Shown piece after piece: positions 55,160-63,319 of a stretch of 64,000 nucleotides of DNA (its first letter is position 1; the number at the start of each line of letters is the position of its first letter). Made by a program: the position numbers and the translations under genes. The notes under the pieces were generated by a model. It made no database searches. It was not told where the DNA came from and worked only from the letters and a program-made list of their open reading frames with translations. Origin of the DNA: Candidatus Woesearchaeota archaeon (GTDB lineage Archaea; Nanobdellota; Nanobdellia; Pacearchaeales; GW2011-AR1); contig CAYFFD010000002.1 in the NCBI GenBank assembly GCA_964342415.1, positions 125 through 64,124 of the forward strand, written 5' to 3'.

Positions 55160-56374
55160 ATGATAAGTAACAAAACTTCAAAAAAGTTAAAGAAAGATTT
55201 TCCTATTTTTAAAAACAATAAAAATTTAATTTATTTAGATAATGCTTCTACAACTCAAAAGCCAAAACAAGTTATTAAATCAATTAGTGATTTTTATGAA
55301 AATTCTAATGCAAATATTCATAGAGGAATTTATAAGTTAAGTCAAAGAGCGACAAAAAAATATGAGGAATCAAAAAATGTTGTTGCTGAATTTATTAATG
55401 CATCTAAAGATGAAATAATTTTCACACGCAGTTCAACAGAAGGAATTAATTTTTTATCTTACACATTGCCCTCTATTTTACCAAAAGAAAAAAATGAAAT
55501 TGTTCTTACAGAAATGGAGCATCATAGCAATTTAGTTCCATGGCAGCAATTAGCTCGCAGAAAAAAAATGAAATTAAAATTTATTAAAATGAAAGATGAC
55601 TTTACTCTTGACATTAAAGATGCAAAAAAGAAAATCACAAATAAAACTGCAATTTTATCTGTTGTACATGTTTCAAATACTCTTGGAACCATAAATCCTG
55701 TTAAAGAATTAATCGCAATTGCAAAAAAGAAAAATGTCTTGACTATTTTAGACGCAGCACAAAGCGTCCCTCACATGAAAGTTGATGTAAAAAAACTTGG
55801 TTGTGATTTCTTGGTTTTTTCTGGACACAAAATGCTCGCTCCCTTAGGAATTGGAGTTATTTATGGAAAAAAATCTTTACTTGAAAAATTAAAACCATTT
55901 AACTTTGGAGGAGACATGATAAAAAAAGTTTCACTGCAAGATGCAGAATGGAATAAAATTCCAGAAAAGTTTGAAGCGGGAACTCAAAACATTGCGGGAG
56001 CAATTGGATTAATAGAAGCAATCAAATATTTAAAAAAAATTGGAATTGAAAATATTGAAAAAAGAGAAAAAGAATTAATGAAATATTTAATTAAAAAAAT
56101 AAAGGAAGTTAATGATATAGAAATCTACAATCCAAAAAATATTTCAGGAATTTTATCATTTAACCTTAAAGGAGTTCATTCTCATGATGTCGCTTCTCTA
56201 TTAGATGATCATGAAATTGCAGTAAGAGCGGGGCACCATTGCACAATGCCTTTAATGAAAAAACTTAAAGTTCCAGGAACAGCGCGGATAAGTTTTTGTT
56301 TTTACAATACTTTTGAAGAAATTGACAAATTAGTAAAAGCTTTAAAAAAAATAAATGAGAAGTTTAATAATTAA
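55160..56374 (+). CDS. sufS: cysteine desulfurase SufS (class V aminotransferase)
   Basis: HHSNLVPWQ, FSGHKMLAPLGIG (PLP Lys) and RAGHHCTMPL (catalytic Cys). Confidence 0.9.
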   Translation: MISNKTSKKLKKDFPIFKNNKNLIYLDNASTTQKPKQVIKSISDFYENSNANIHRGIYKLSQRATKKYEESKNVVAEFINASKDEIIFTRSSTEGINFLSYTLPSILPKEKNEIVLTEMEHHSNLVPWQQLARRKKMKLKFIKMKDDFTLDIKDAKKKITNKTAILSVVHVSNTLGTINPVKELIAIAKKKNVLTILDAAQSVPHMKVDVKKLGCDFLVFSGHKMLAPLGIGVIYGKKSLLEKLKPFNFGGDMIKKVSLQDAEWNKIPEKFEAGTQNIAGAIGLIEAIKYLKKIGIENIEKREKELMKYLIKKIKEVNDIEIYNPKNISGILSFNLKGVHSHDVASLLDDHEIAVRAGHHCTMPLMKKLKVPGTARISFCFYNTFEEIDKLVKALKKINEKFNN

Positions 56375-56375
56375 A

Positions 56376-57089
56376 ATGACAGAATCATTGTATCTTACAA
56401 ACAGTTACCTTAAAGAATGGGAAGCAGAAGTTGTAGAGATTAATAATGGAAAGTTTGTTGTTTTAGATAAAACAGCTTTTTATCCAAATAGTGGAGGACA
56501 ACCGCATGATGAAGGAATTATTTTAAGGGAAAGCGATGGAATTGAGTTTAGAGTAATTTATGTTGGAAAGTTTAATGATAAGGTAAGTCATGAATTAGAT
56601 AAAGAAGGATTAAAAGTTGGAGATAAAGTAAAATGTGTAATTGATTGGAATAGAAGATATCAGTTAATGAAATCTCATACAGCTACACATGTTCTTAGCG
56701 AAGTTATATTCAGAGAAGCTAATGCGTTAGTTACTGGAGGTCAACTTGGATTGGATAAATGCAGAATGGATTTCTCAATTAATAATTATGACTTAGAAAA
56801 AATAAAAAAATATGTTGAAGAAGCTAATGAAATTATAAAAAAAGATTTATCTGTGAGTGTTGAATTCCTTCCTAGAGAAGAGGCAATGAAAATTTCACAA
56901 GTTTCCAAGTTGGCTAAAGGTTTGCCTGAATCAATTAAAGAAGTAAGAATTGTGAATATAGGTGACTTTGATGTTCAAGGAGATGGAGGAACACATATTA
57001 ATTCAACTAGTGAAATAGAAAAAATTGAATTCATTAAATGTGACAATCGAGGTAAAAATAATAGGAGAATCTATTATAAAGTAAAATGA
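56376..57089 (+). CDS. alaX: alanyl-tRNA editing protein AlaX (AlaX-M type)
   Basis: KSHTATHVLSE and DGGTHINST zinc/editing motifs; about 237 aa from the MTESLYL start. The longer ORF from 56355 overlaps sufS. Confidence 0.8.
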   Translation: MTESLYLTNSYLKEWEAEVVEINNGKFVVLDKTAFYPNSGGQPHDEGIILRESDGIEFRVIYVGKFNDKVSHELDKEGLKVGDKVKCVIDWNRRYQLMKSHTATHVLSEVIFREANALVTGGQLGLDKCRMDFSINNYDLEKIKKYVEEANEIIKKDLSVSVEFLPREEAMKISQVSKLAKGLPESIKEVRIVNIGDFDVQGDGGTHINSTSEIEKIEFIKCDNRGKNNRRIYYKVK

Positions 57090-57466
57090 CCACACATAAT
57101 AGATTATCTGAAAAAATGTACCGCGAACACATCTTAGAGCTGTACAAAAATCCAAGCAATTTTGGAGAATTGCCTAATCCTACAAATCAACATACAGAAA
57201 TTAATTCTTATTGTGGTGATGAGATAACTGTCCAGTTGATAGTAAAAAATGGAAAAATTGAAGATGTTAAATTTAATGGAAGTGGTTGCGTGATAAGCAT
57301 GGTTTCTTCTTCTTTGCTTACAGATAAAATTAAAGGAATGAAAATCAAAGATGTTAAAAAATTTAACAAAGGAGACATTCTTAAACTTCTAAAAATTTCC
57401 GTAAACCCTTCAAGATTGAAGTGTGTATTGCTTCCTTTAGATGCTACAAAAGGAGCTTTGAAATGA
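57086..57466 (+). CDS. sufU: SufU/IscU-type sulfur acceptor/scaffold
   Basis: NSYCGDEITVQL, GSGCVISMVSSSLL and a late conserved Cys (RLKCVLLP). Confidence 0.8.
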   Translation: MTTHNRLSEKMYREHILELYKNPSNFGELPNPTNQHTEINSYCGDEITVQLIVKNGKIEDVKFNGSGCVISMVSSSLLTDKIKGMKIKDVKKFNKGDILKLLKISVNPSRLKCVLLPLDATKGALK

Positions 57467-57467
57467 A

Positions 57468-58202
57468 ATGATTGAAATAAAAAATCTTCATGTGGAATCT
57501 GAAGGGGAAAATATTTTGGAAGAGATTAATTTAAAATTCGAGAAAGGTAAAGTTTATGTCCTTATGGGTCCTAATGGTTCTGGCAAAAGCACTTTAGCAA
57601 ATGTTATTATGGGGAATCCAAAATACAAAATAACTTCTGGAGAAATTCTCTTTAATGAGAAAGAGATAACAAATCTTTCAACAAATGACCGGGCAAAAAA
57701 AGGTATCTTTCTTTCATTTCAATCTCCCACTGAAATTTCAGGAGTTACTATTTCAAATTTTTTAAGACAAGCTTATAATTCTCTTAAAGAAAATAAAATT
57801 TCTTTTTTAGATTTCCAAAAATTATTAGGAAAAAAAGCAGAAGACTTGGGTATTGACAAAAAATTTCTAGAAAGATACTTGAACGAAAGTTTTTCAGGAG
57901 GAGAGAAAAAGAAAATGGAAATTTTGCAAATGCTTGTTCTGGATCCAAGTTTTGTTATTCTTGATGAAACTGATTCTGGTTTAGATATTGATTCTTTAAA
58001 AAAAATTTCAGAAGGAATTAAAAATTTTATGAATGACAAAAAATGTATTTTAATAATAACTCATTACAGAAAAATACTTGATTATATAAAACCAGATAAA
58101 GTTTTTGTTATGTTTAATGGGAAAATTGTCATTGAAGGGAAAAAAGAAATTATAGATAATATAGAGAGAAAAGGTTATGGATTGATAAAAAATTTAAAAT
58201 GA
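57468..58202 (+). CDS. sufC: Fe-S cluster assembly ATPase SufC
   Basis: GPNGSGKSTLANVIMG, FSGGEKKKMEILQM and ILDETDSGLDID. Confidence 0.9.
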   Translation: MIEIKNLHVESEGENILEEINLKFEKGKVYVLMGPNGSGKSTLANVIMGNPKYKITSGEILFNEKEITNLSTNDRAKKGIFLSFQSPTEISGVTISNFLRQAYNSLKENKISFLDFQKLLGKKAEDLGIDKKFLERYLNESFSGGEKKKMEILQMLVLDPSFVILDETDSGLDIDSLKKISEGIKNFMNDKKCILIITHYRKILDYIKPDKVFVMFNGKIVIEGKKEIIDNIERKGYGLIKNLK

Positions 58203-58906
58203 ATGTGAAAATATTTAAATCTAAAGTTTTGGAGGTAAAATACATTTCTCATAATGTGAAATATTTAAAGTTCGCTGTTCCAAAGAAGTTTGAATTTAAA
58301 CCAGGACAATATTTGTCTTTAAGTTATTATTCGAATGGGGAAAAATTCAGAAACCCTTATTCAATTGCCTCTCCACCTAATGATAAAAAATTTGTTGAAT
58401 TTTCTATTAAGTTATCTAAAAATAGTGATTCTTCAAATTTTATCAAGAATTTAAAAAAAGGAGATAGTGTTGAATTTTTAGGTCCTTCTGGGAAATTTAC
58501 TATAGATAAAAATTCAGAGAAAAAAGACTTGGTTTTTATTTCAGTTGGAACAGGAATAACTCCTTTAATGAGCATGATCTCGTATCTTTTAAAAAAAGGA
58601 TTCAAGAATAAAATAACTTTACTGAAAGGTTTTAGAGATGAAAATGAAATTTTATATGAAAAAGAATTTTCTCAATTACAAAAAAAATATAAAAATTTTA
58701 GGTTTTATAATGTTCTAAGCAGGCCTAAAAACAAAAACTTTAAATGCAAAGGTTATGTTCAGAATTTTTTAGATAAATATATTCTGAAAAATTTTCAAGG
58801 AGACTTTTACATTTGTGGTTTAAATGAAATGGTTGAAAGTGTAACAAAAAAATTAAAGAAAAAAGGAATTAACAAGAATAAAATATTTTTTGAAAAATAC
58901 AATTAA
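58199..58906 (+). CDS. ferredoxin-NADP reductase-family flavin oxidoreductase
   Basis: RNPYSIAS (RxYS FAD motif), GPSGKF and SVGTGITP (NAD(P) motif). 4-nt overlap with the sufC stop. Confidence 0.75.
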   Translation: MNVKIFKSKVLEVKYISHNVKYLKFAVPKKFEFKPGQYLSLSYYSNGEKFRNPYSIASPPNDKKFVEFSIKLSKNSDSSNFIKNLKKGDSVEFLGPSGKFTIDKNSEKKDLVFISVGTGITPLMSMISYLLKKGFKNKITLLKGFRDENEILYEKEFSQLQKKYKNFRFYNVLSRPKNKNFKCKGYVQNFLDKYILKNFQGDFYICGLNEMVESVTKKLKKKGINKNKIFFEKYN

Positions 58907-58909
58907 AGA

Positions 58910-59638
58910 TTATGCCAATTCAGCTTCAATAATTTGTTGGAATGAAGCGAAAGGATATGCTCCTTTTAGAGGAATACCTTCACTTGCTCCACTCTTCATT
59001 ATTAAAAAGCCAGGTGTCCCTCCAAATCCAGCAGATTGAGCGTCTGCCGCATCTTTTAGAACTTCGCTTCTGAATTTACCAGAATCCAAACAACTATCAA
59101 TATTGTATCCTAATTGTTGTGCCCATGCTTTTAAGTTTGATGTGCTTAAAAGTTGTTGATTTGTAAATATTAAATCATGATATTCAAAATAGGCTTCGTC
59201 ATTTCCTGCAGCATCTCTTAAACATTCTGCAGCTTCTGCAGCTGGCTGTGCCATAGGATGTATATTTGTCAAAGGAAAATCTCTGAAAACAAGTTTAACC
59301 TTTCCTGTATCAATATATTCTGATTTTAGTAAAGGAAGGGTTTCAGTATAATGTCTTCCACAATAAGGACACTCATAATCACTGAACTCTATTATTGTTA
59401 CAGGAGCATTAGGATCTCCAATAAAAGCATCATCATCAATACTTGCACTAATTTTTCCAGCAGGTTGTGTTGGCGCATTTGGATCTTGAACAGCGCTTCC
59501 TGTTATAGTTCCCCCAGTTACTCCTCCATTACCTGTAAATAAAAAAAGTCCTCCAATAACAACTACTGCAACTAGAGCGAACGTAGAATACTTCCACAAA
59601 TCATCTTTTCTTATTGTTATTGTTTTTTCTTCATCCAT
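58910..59638 (-). CDS. membrane-anchored DsbA-family thiol:disulfide oxidoreductase
   Basis: N-terminal anchor, IIEFSDYECPYCGRH (CxxC), and C-terminal GGTPGFLI. Confidence 0.8.
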   Translation of the reverse strand: MDEEKTITIRKDDLWKYSTFALVAVVVIGGLFLFTGNGGVTGGTITGSAVQDPNAPTQPAGKISASIDDDAFIGDPNAPVTIIEFSDYECPYCGRHYTETLPLLKSEYIDTGKVKLVFRDFPLTNIHPMAQPAAEAAECLRDAAGNDEAYFEYHDLIFTNQQLLSTSNLKAWAQQLGYNIDSCLDSGKFRSEVLKDAADAQSAGFGGTPGFLIMKSGASEGIPLKGAYPFASFQQIIEAELA

Positions 59639-59684
59639 TTTATTATTTCATACATGTTCAAATTGCTTTAAAAAGTTTTTTGTT

Positions 59685-60236
59685 TTATTTTTTAGAAGGT
59701 ATCTCACAAACAATTCCTTTGTTTATGTCTCCTGTTATTTTATATGTTGAAAATGAAAGAATTCCAATTGCAAGTAAGGATAACTCCAAACCTTCAAATG
59801 GAAGAGAAGACAATACAGCGGCGCTGATTCCAAAAACAGAAAGTAAGCCAACTCCGCATGCTATACATCCTGGTGCTAAAATTCCAAGAAAAATTCCTGT
59901 TGTTCCAAAAAAACCAAATGTTTTTCCTGAACTAGATTTTATCATTTTTGTTTTATATAAAATAAGACTAAACAACATTCCTAAAAGAACACTAATTAAT
60001 AAGAGACTTATGAAAGAATGGAGAAATATAGTTTCTTTAAATCCTATAAAAAAACTTGGAAATAATTTTATAATTCCTATAAACCCAAATTGAATATAAA
60101 AAGAAACTAAAGAATTATAACTTGCAATAAAAACGTTAAATGAATAAAAAATTAAAGCAATAATAATCATCAAGAAGACATATCTCCAATTACTGAAGAC
60201 TTGCTTCCATACTGAAAAAAATTCTTTTGTTTTCAT
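59685..60236 (-). CDS. polytopic membrane protein with intramembrane CxxC
   Basis: 183 aa with 4-5 hydrophobic helices. LAPGCIACGVGLL lies inside a helix. It is directly upstream of, and co-directional with, the DsbA-like gene. Confidence 0.5.
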   Translation of the reverse strand: MKTKEFFSVWKQVFSNWRYVFLMIIIALIFYSFNVFIASYNSLVSFYIQFGFIGIIKLFPSFFIGFKETIFLHSFISLLLISVLLGMLFSLILYKTKMIKSSSGKTFGFFGTTGIFLGILAPGCIACGVGLLSVFGISAAVLSSLPFEGLELSLLAIGILSFSTYKITGDINKGIVCEIPSKK

Positions 60237-60358
60237 TAGAATTTAATAGAAATTAAATATATCAAAAATTTTTACTATTTAAAATTTGTGAAAGATAAAT
60301 TTAATTCAACTAAAAGATTTAGAATTAAGAATAGAAAATTGTTTATAATTTTTTAGAA

Positions 60359-60791
60359 TTACCTGCTTCTTAAGGCATTATGAATTGAAATATCTATCAT
60401 AGCCCTTTCTCTTTCTTCCATTAATTGATAGTAATTAAAGCGAATCAACTTTTCTTCCCTATCAATATGTGTTGAAGCATATTCTCTGTCAAAAACAGGT
60501 TCTTGATAAGATGTTCACAGATAAGGAGAACTCAATGGTTTTTTCCTCATATGTTGTTCAACCAACTTAAAAGAAAATTTTAAATCATCTCCCCAATCTT
60601 TCTTTTCTATTATTTCTTTAATAGTCTTATTATGAACACCAGGGGAATTATCAACTATCCAGATTCCGTTTTCATTTTTAACATATTTATGAGATTCTGT
60701 TGAACTAATTTTACCATCTTCTCTAATTAATGCAGCATATCCTTGGAAAGAAGGTTTTCCTATATCATCTTTAAAAAGATATCCTTGACAT
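60359..60791 (-). pseudogene. decayed gene of unknown family (multiple frame disruptions)
   Basis: The minus strand gives coding-like stretches in different frames. These are ATG-SRISF-stop, then GYLFKDDIGKPSFQGYAALIREDGK...KLVEQHMRKNH-stop, then YQEPVFDREYASTHIDREEKLIRFNYYQLMEERERAMIDISIHNALRSR-stop. No intact ORF of 60 aa or more appears in the track for this region. Confidence 0.45.
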
Positions 60792-60876
60792 TTAATAAAT
60801 TAGTAAAGTATCTTTTTAAAAATTATCGTTCTGGAATGACCAAAAAGCTTATAAAAAATTTCACTATTGTTAATTT

Positions 60877-61488
60877 ATGGCACATGAACTTCTTGAATTA
60901 CCATATTCTTATGATGCGCTTGAACCTTATATAGATAAGGATACAATGAAAATTCATCATGACAAACATCATAAAAGTTATGTTGACAAATTGAATCAGG
61001 CTCTTGAAGGACATGAAGAATTGCAGACGAAGACAGCCGAGGAATTATTGAAAAATCTTGATTCTATTTCTGAACAAATTAAGACTGTTGTAAAAAATAA
61101 TGCAGGAGGACATTTAAATCATTCTTTCTTTTGGGAAATTATGAAAAAAGATATTCAACCAAGCGGAGAAATTCTTGAAGTAATAAAAAGAGACTTTGAA
61201 AGTTATGATAATTTTGTTGAGCAATTTAAACTTTCCGCGGTTAGCCAATTCGGAAGTGGCTGGGCATGGCTTGTTCTAAATCCTCAAGGAAATAAACTTG
61301 AAATAGTTAAAACGCGAGATCACGAAACTCCAATAACAGAAAATAAAATTCCGCTGCTTGTTGTAGATGTTTGGGAGCATGCCTATTACTTGAAATACCA
61401 AAACAAAAGACCAGAATATGTTGATGCTTTTATTAAAGTTATCAATTGGGAAAAAGTAAATGAGAATTATTCGAAAGCTACAAAATAA
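60877..61488 (+). CDS. sod: Fe/Mn superoxide dismutase
   Basis: LPYSYDALEPYIDKDTMKIHHDKHH, and DVWEHAYYLKYQNKRPEY. Confidence 0.9.
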   Translation: MAHELLELPYSYDALEPYIDKDTMKIHHDKHHKSYVDKLNQALEGHEELQTKTAEELLKNLDSISEQIKTVVKNNAGGHLNHSFFWEIMKKDIQPSGEILEVIKRDFESYDNFVEQFKLSAVSQFGSGWAWLVLNPQGNKLEIVKTRDHETPITENKIPLLVVDVWEHAYYLKYQNKRPEYVDAFIKVINWEKVNENYSKATK

Positions 61489-61621
61489 AATGTTAGAAAG
61501 ATTTATCTCTGTTCAAGACATGATTGCAATAGCAATTATTGTTGGAGTAATAATTAAAATAATCCAATTTAAAAATAAATGGTGAAAAGTCAGTGAGAAT
61601 TATTTGAAAGCTATAAATTAA
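61447..61621 (+). repeat. 42-bp direct repeat: sod 3' end and a decayed second copy 133 bp downstream
   Basis: Copy 1 (61447-61488) is tgggaaaaagtaaatgagaattattcgaaagctacaaaataa. Copy 2 (61580-61621) is tggtgaaaagtcagtgagaattatttgaaagctataaattaa. They match at 35/42 positions and are codon-colinear (WEKVNENYSKATK* vs W*KVSENYLKAIN*). Confidence 0.8.
61490..61585 (+). CDS. 31-aa hydrophobic mini-ORF between the two sod-tail copies (speculative)
   Basis: MLERFISVQDMIAIAIIVGVIIKIIQFKNKW. The ATG lies 1 nt after the sod stop (taaaatg). The stop is the GAA-to-TGA codon of the decayed repeat copy. Confidence 0.25.
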   Translation: MLERFISVQDMIAIAIIVGVIIKIIQFKNKW

Positions 61622-61794
61622 CTTACTACTTTTTTTTCTAAACTCCTCTTTTTAGAGGGTTCTCTAAAAGCACCAAGAGATTCATTTTTTTTAAAGATAT
61701 AGTTTATAGGCTTTACTATTAAAAAATCAAATACTCCTCCAACTACATTACAATAAGTTTCTAATACCCTATTAGTATATGTTCCGTCTGCCAT
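61618..61794 (-). CDS. 58-aa ORF below the track threshold (speculative)
   Basis: MADGTYTNRVLETYCNVVGGVFDFLIVKPINYIFKKNESLGAFREPSKKRSLEKKVVS, hand-translated. It fills an otherwise empty gap. No motif recognised. Confidence 0.25.
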   Translation of the reverse strand: MADGTYTNRVLETYCNVVGGVFDFLIVKPINYIFKKNESLGAFREPSKKRSLEKKVVS

Positions 61795-61904
61795 TTTATC
61801 TCTTTCAGAAATTTATTGTTTATAAATCTTCCTCTTGTTACCATTACATAGTTAACGTTAAGCAACATAGAAAAACTTTTAAAATTCTTTATTATTTTAT
61901 TGAC

Positions 61905-62147
61905 ATGGAAAATCGAGCACAAGAAAAATCTCTTATAACAAAAGATTCACCATTGTCAGAAATTCTTGAGAGATATCCTAATACGGCTGTAATTTTAACA
62001 GGTTATGGGTTGCATTGCGTCGGCTGTCATTTTTCGCAATTTGATACTCTTAAATCAGCAATAGAAATTCATGGAATGGATCAAGAAACTTTTGATCTAA
62101 TGTTAAAAGATTTAAACATAATTGCTAAAGAAAGTAAAAACAATTAG
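61905..62147 (+). CDS. DUF1858-like redox-disulfide domain protein (CxxC)
   Basis: SEILERYPNTAVILTGYGLHCVGCHFSQFDTLKSAIEIHGMD. The start is set at MENRAQE; the upstream part of the 61779 ORF looks non-coding. Confidence 0.65.
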   Translation: MENRAQEKSLITKDSPLSEILERYPNTAVILTGYGLHCVGCHFSQFDTLKSAIEIHGMDQETFDLMLKDLNIIAKESKNN

Positions 62148-62758
62148 TCCTTATTTCTTAAAACATGAATAATTGCAATTATTAATACAACAAGGATAAA
62201 TCCTGGTATTTGATATGATAAAGGAATTGTCCCAAGATATGAAAATGCAAAAGTAAATGGAATTATTCCTATTAAAGTTGCCAATACATAAGTCTTGAAA
62301 TCAACTTTACTAAATAATCCTAAAGCATAACTCAAAATATCTATAGGAATTATCATTCTTAATAAAACAATGTCTATGAACAGATTTTCTTTTGGAATTT
62401 TTGATTCAAATTTGTTTATTTTTTCTAGAGAAACAAATTTTTTTATCAAGGGAACTCCGTATCTTCTTGAAATAAAAAAAACAATAATAGAACCCAAAGT
62501 CCAACCAATTATGTGAATAATTCCAGAATAAAACCAACCCCATAAATTTGAAGCAATTGGAACAAGAGGCATCATGCTTATCGGAGCAATAACAATTGCA
62601 ATAATTGAAATTAAAATATAAATCAGAATTCCAATAAAATCATTTCCAATAAAACTTTTGATAACTTCAATATTTTCTCTAACAAAATAAGAAGACAAAA
62701 TAAATAACAAAACAATAATTAAAATTCCAAAAAAAGCTTTAGTTTTTTCTGAAAACAT
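62144..62758 (-). CDS. VTT-domain (TVP38/TMEM64/DedA-like) membrane protein
   Basis: 204 aa with 5-6 hydrophobic helices and a central GWTLGSIIVFFISRRYG-type segment. Assignment is by architecture. Confidence 0.5.
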   Translation of the reverse strand: MFSEKTKAFFGILIIVLLFILSSYFVRENIEVIKSFIGNDFIGILIYILISIIAIVIAPISMMPLVPIASNLWGWFYSGIIHIIGWTLGSIIVFFISRRYGVPLIKKFVSLEKINKFESKIPKENLFIDIVLLRMIIPIDILSYALGLFSKVDFKTYVLATLIGIIPFTFAFSYLGTIPLSYQIPGFILVVLIIAIIHVLRNKD

Positions 62759-62800
62759 TATTAAGAAAAAGAAAAATAGTTTATATAGTTTTTAGAATAG

Positions 62801-63319
62801 TCAAGAAGTTTTAGAACTATCAAGACACTCTTCTCGTCTTCTTCTATATGATAAAAATGCAGGTATTACACTAAGAGATATTAGTCCCACTCCTCCAAGC
62901 GTTAAAGCATATTCTATACTTTCTATATTTTTCACCTCAGATTCATAACTCTCTTTTGTTTCAGCAAAATTAGGAGTTTGCATTACCTCATATCTCTTAG
63001 CTTCTAATCTTTTAGCACGAGCAATAAGTTCAGCACTTCTTGATTCTAAATCTCTTGAATTTATTTGTAAAATTTTATCAAATTCTTTTTCTAAATAATA
63101 ATAGTTTTCTAAAACAGGGGGCATAACAGGGTTGACTATATCACTATAACTTATTCCGCCTAATGCTATCACTCCTCCTCCTAAAATACATCCATGTGTT
63201 ATTCTAGAAAACCACTTTATTGCACTTGATTCCCTTATAGAATCCTTAAGATGAGAATGGTAAGAATCAACTTCCATATAATTTCTTAAAATTTCAACTT
63301 TATAAAAATTTCTATACAA
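62801..63319 (-). CDS. hypothetical membrane protein
   Basis: 172-aa ORF with two hydrophobic segments and a central coiled-coil-like region. The start may be the internal MEVDSY. Confidence 0.4.
   Translation of the reverse strand: MYRNFYKVEILRNYMEVDSYHSHLKDSIRESSAIKWFSRITHGCILGGGVIALGGISYSDIVNPVMPPVLENYYYLEKEFDKILQINSRDLESRSAELIARAKRLEAKRYEVMQTPNFAETKESYESEVKNIESIEYALTLGGVGLISLSVIPAFLSYRRRREECLDSSKTS

Noticed and set aside
60359-60791. Alternative genetic code (TGA read as sense) as an explanation for the interrupted coding-like region.
   Set aside because: Reading through TGA in either frame still meets further stops and yields non-coding-looking sequence. TGA is also used as a normal stop by well-supported genes in the window.
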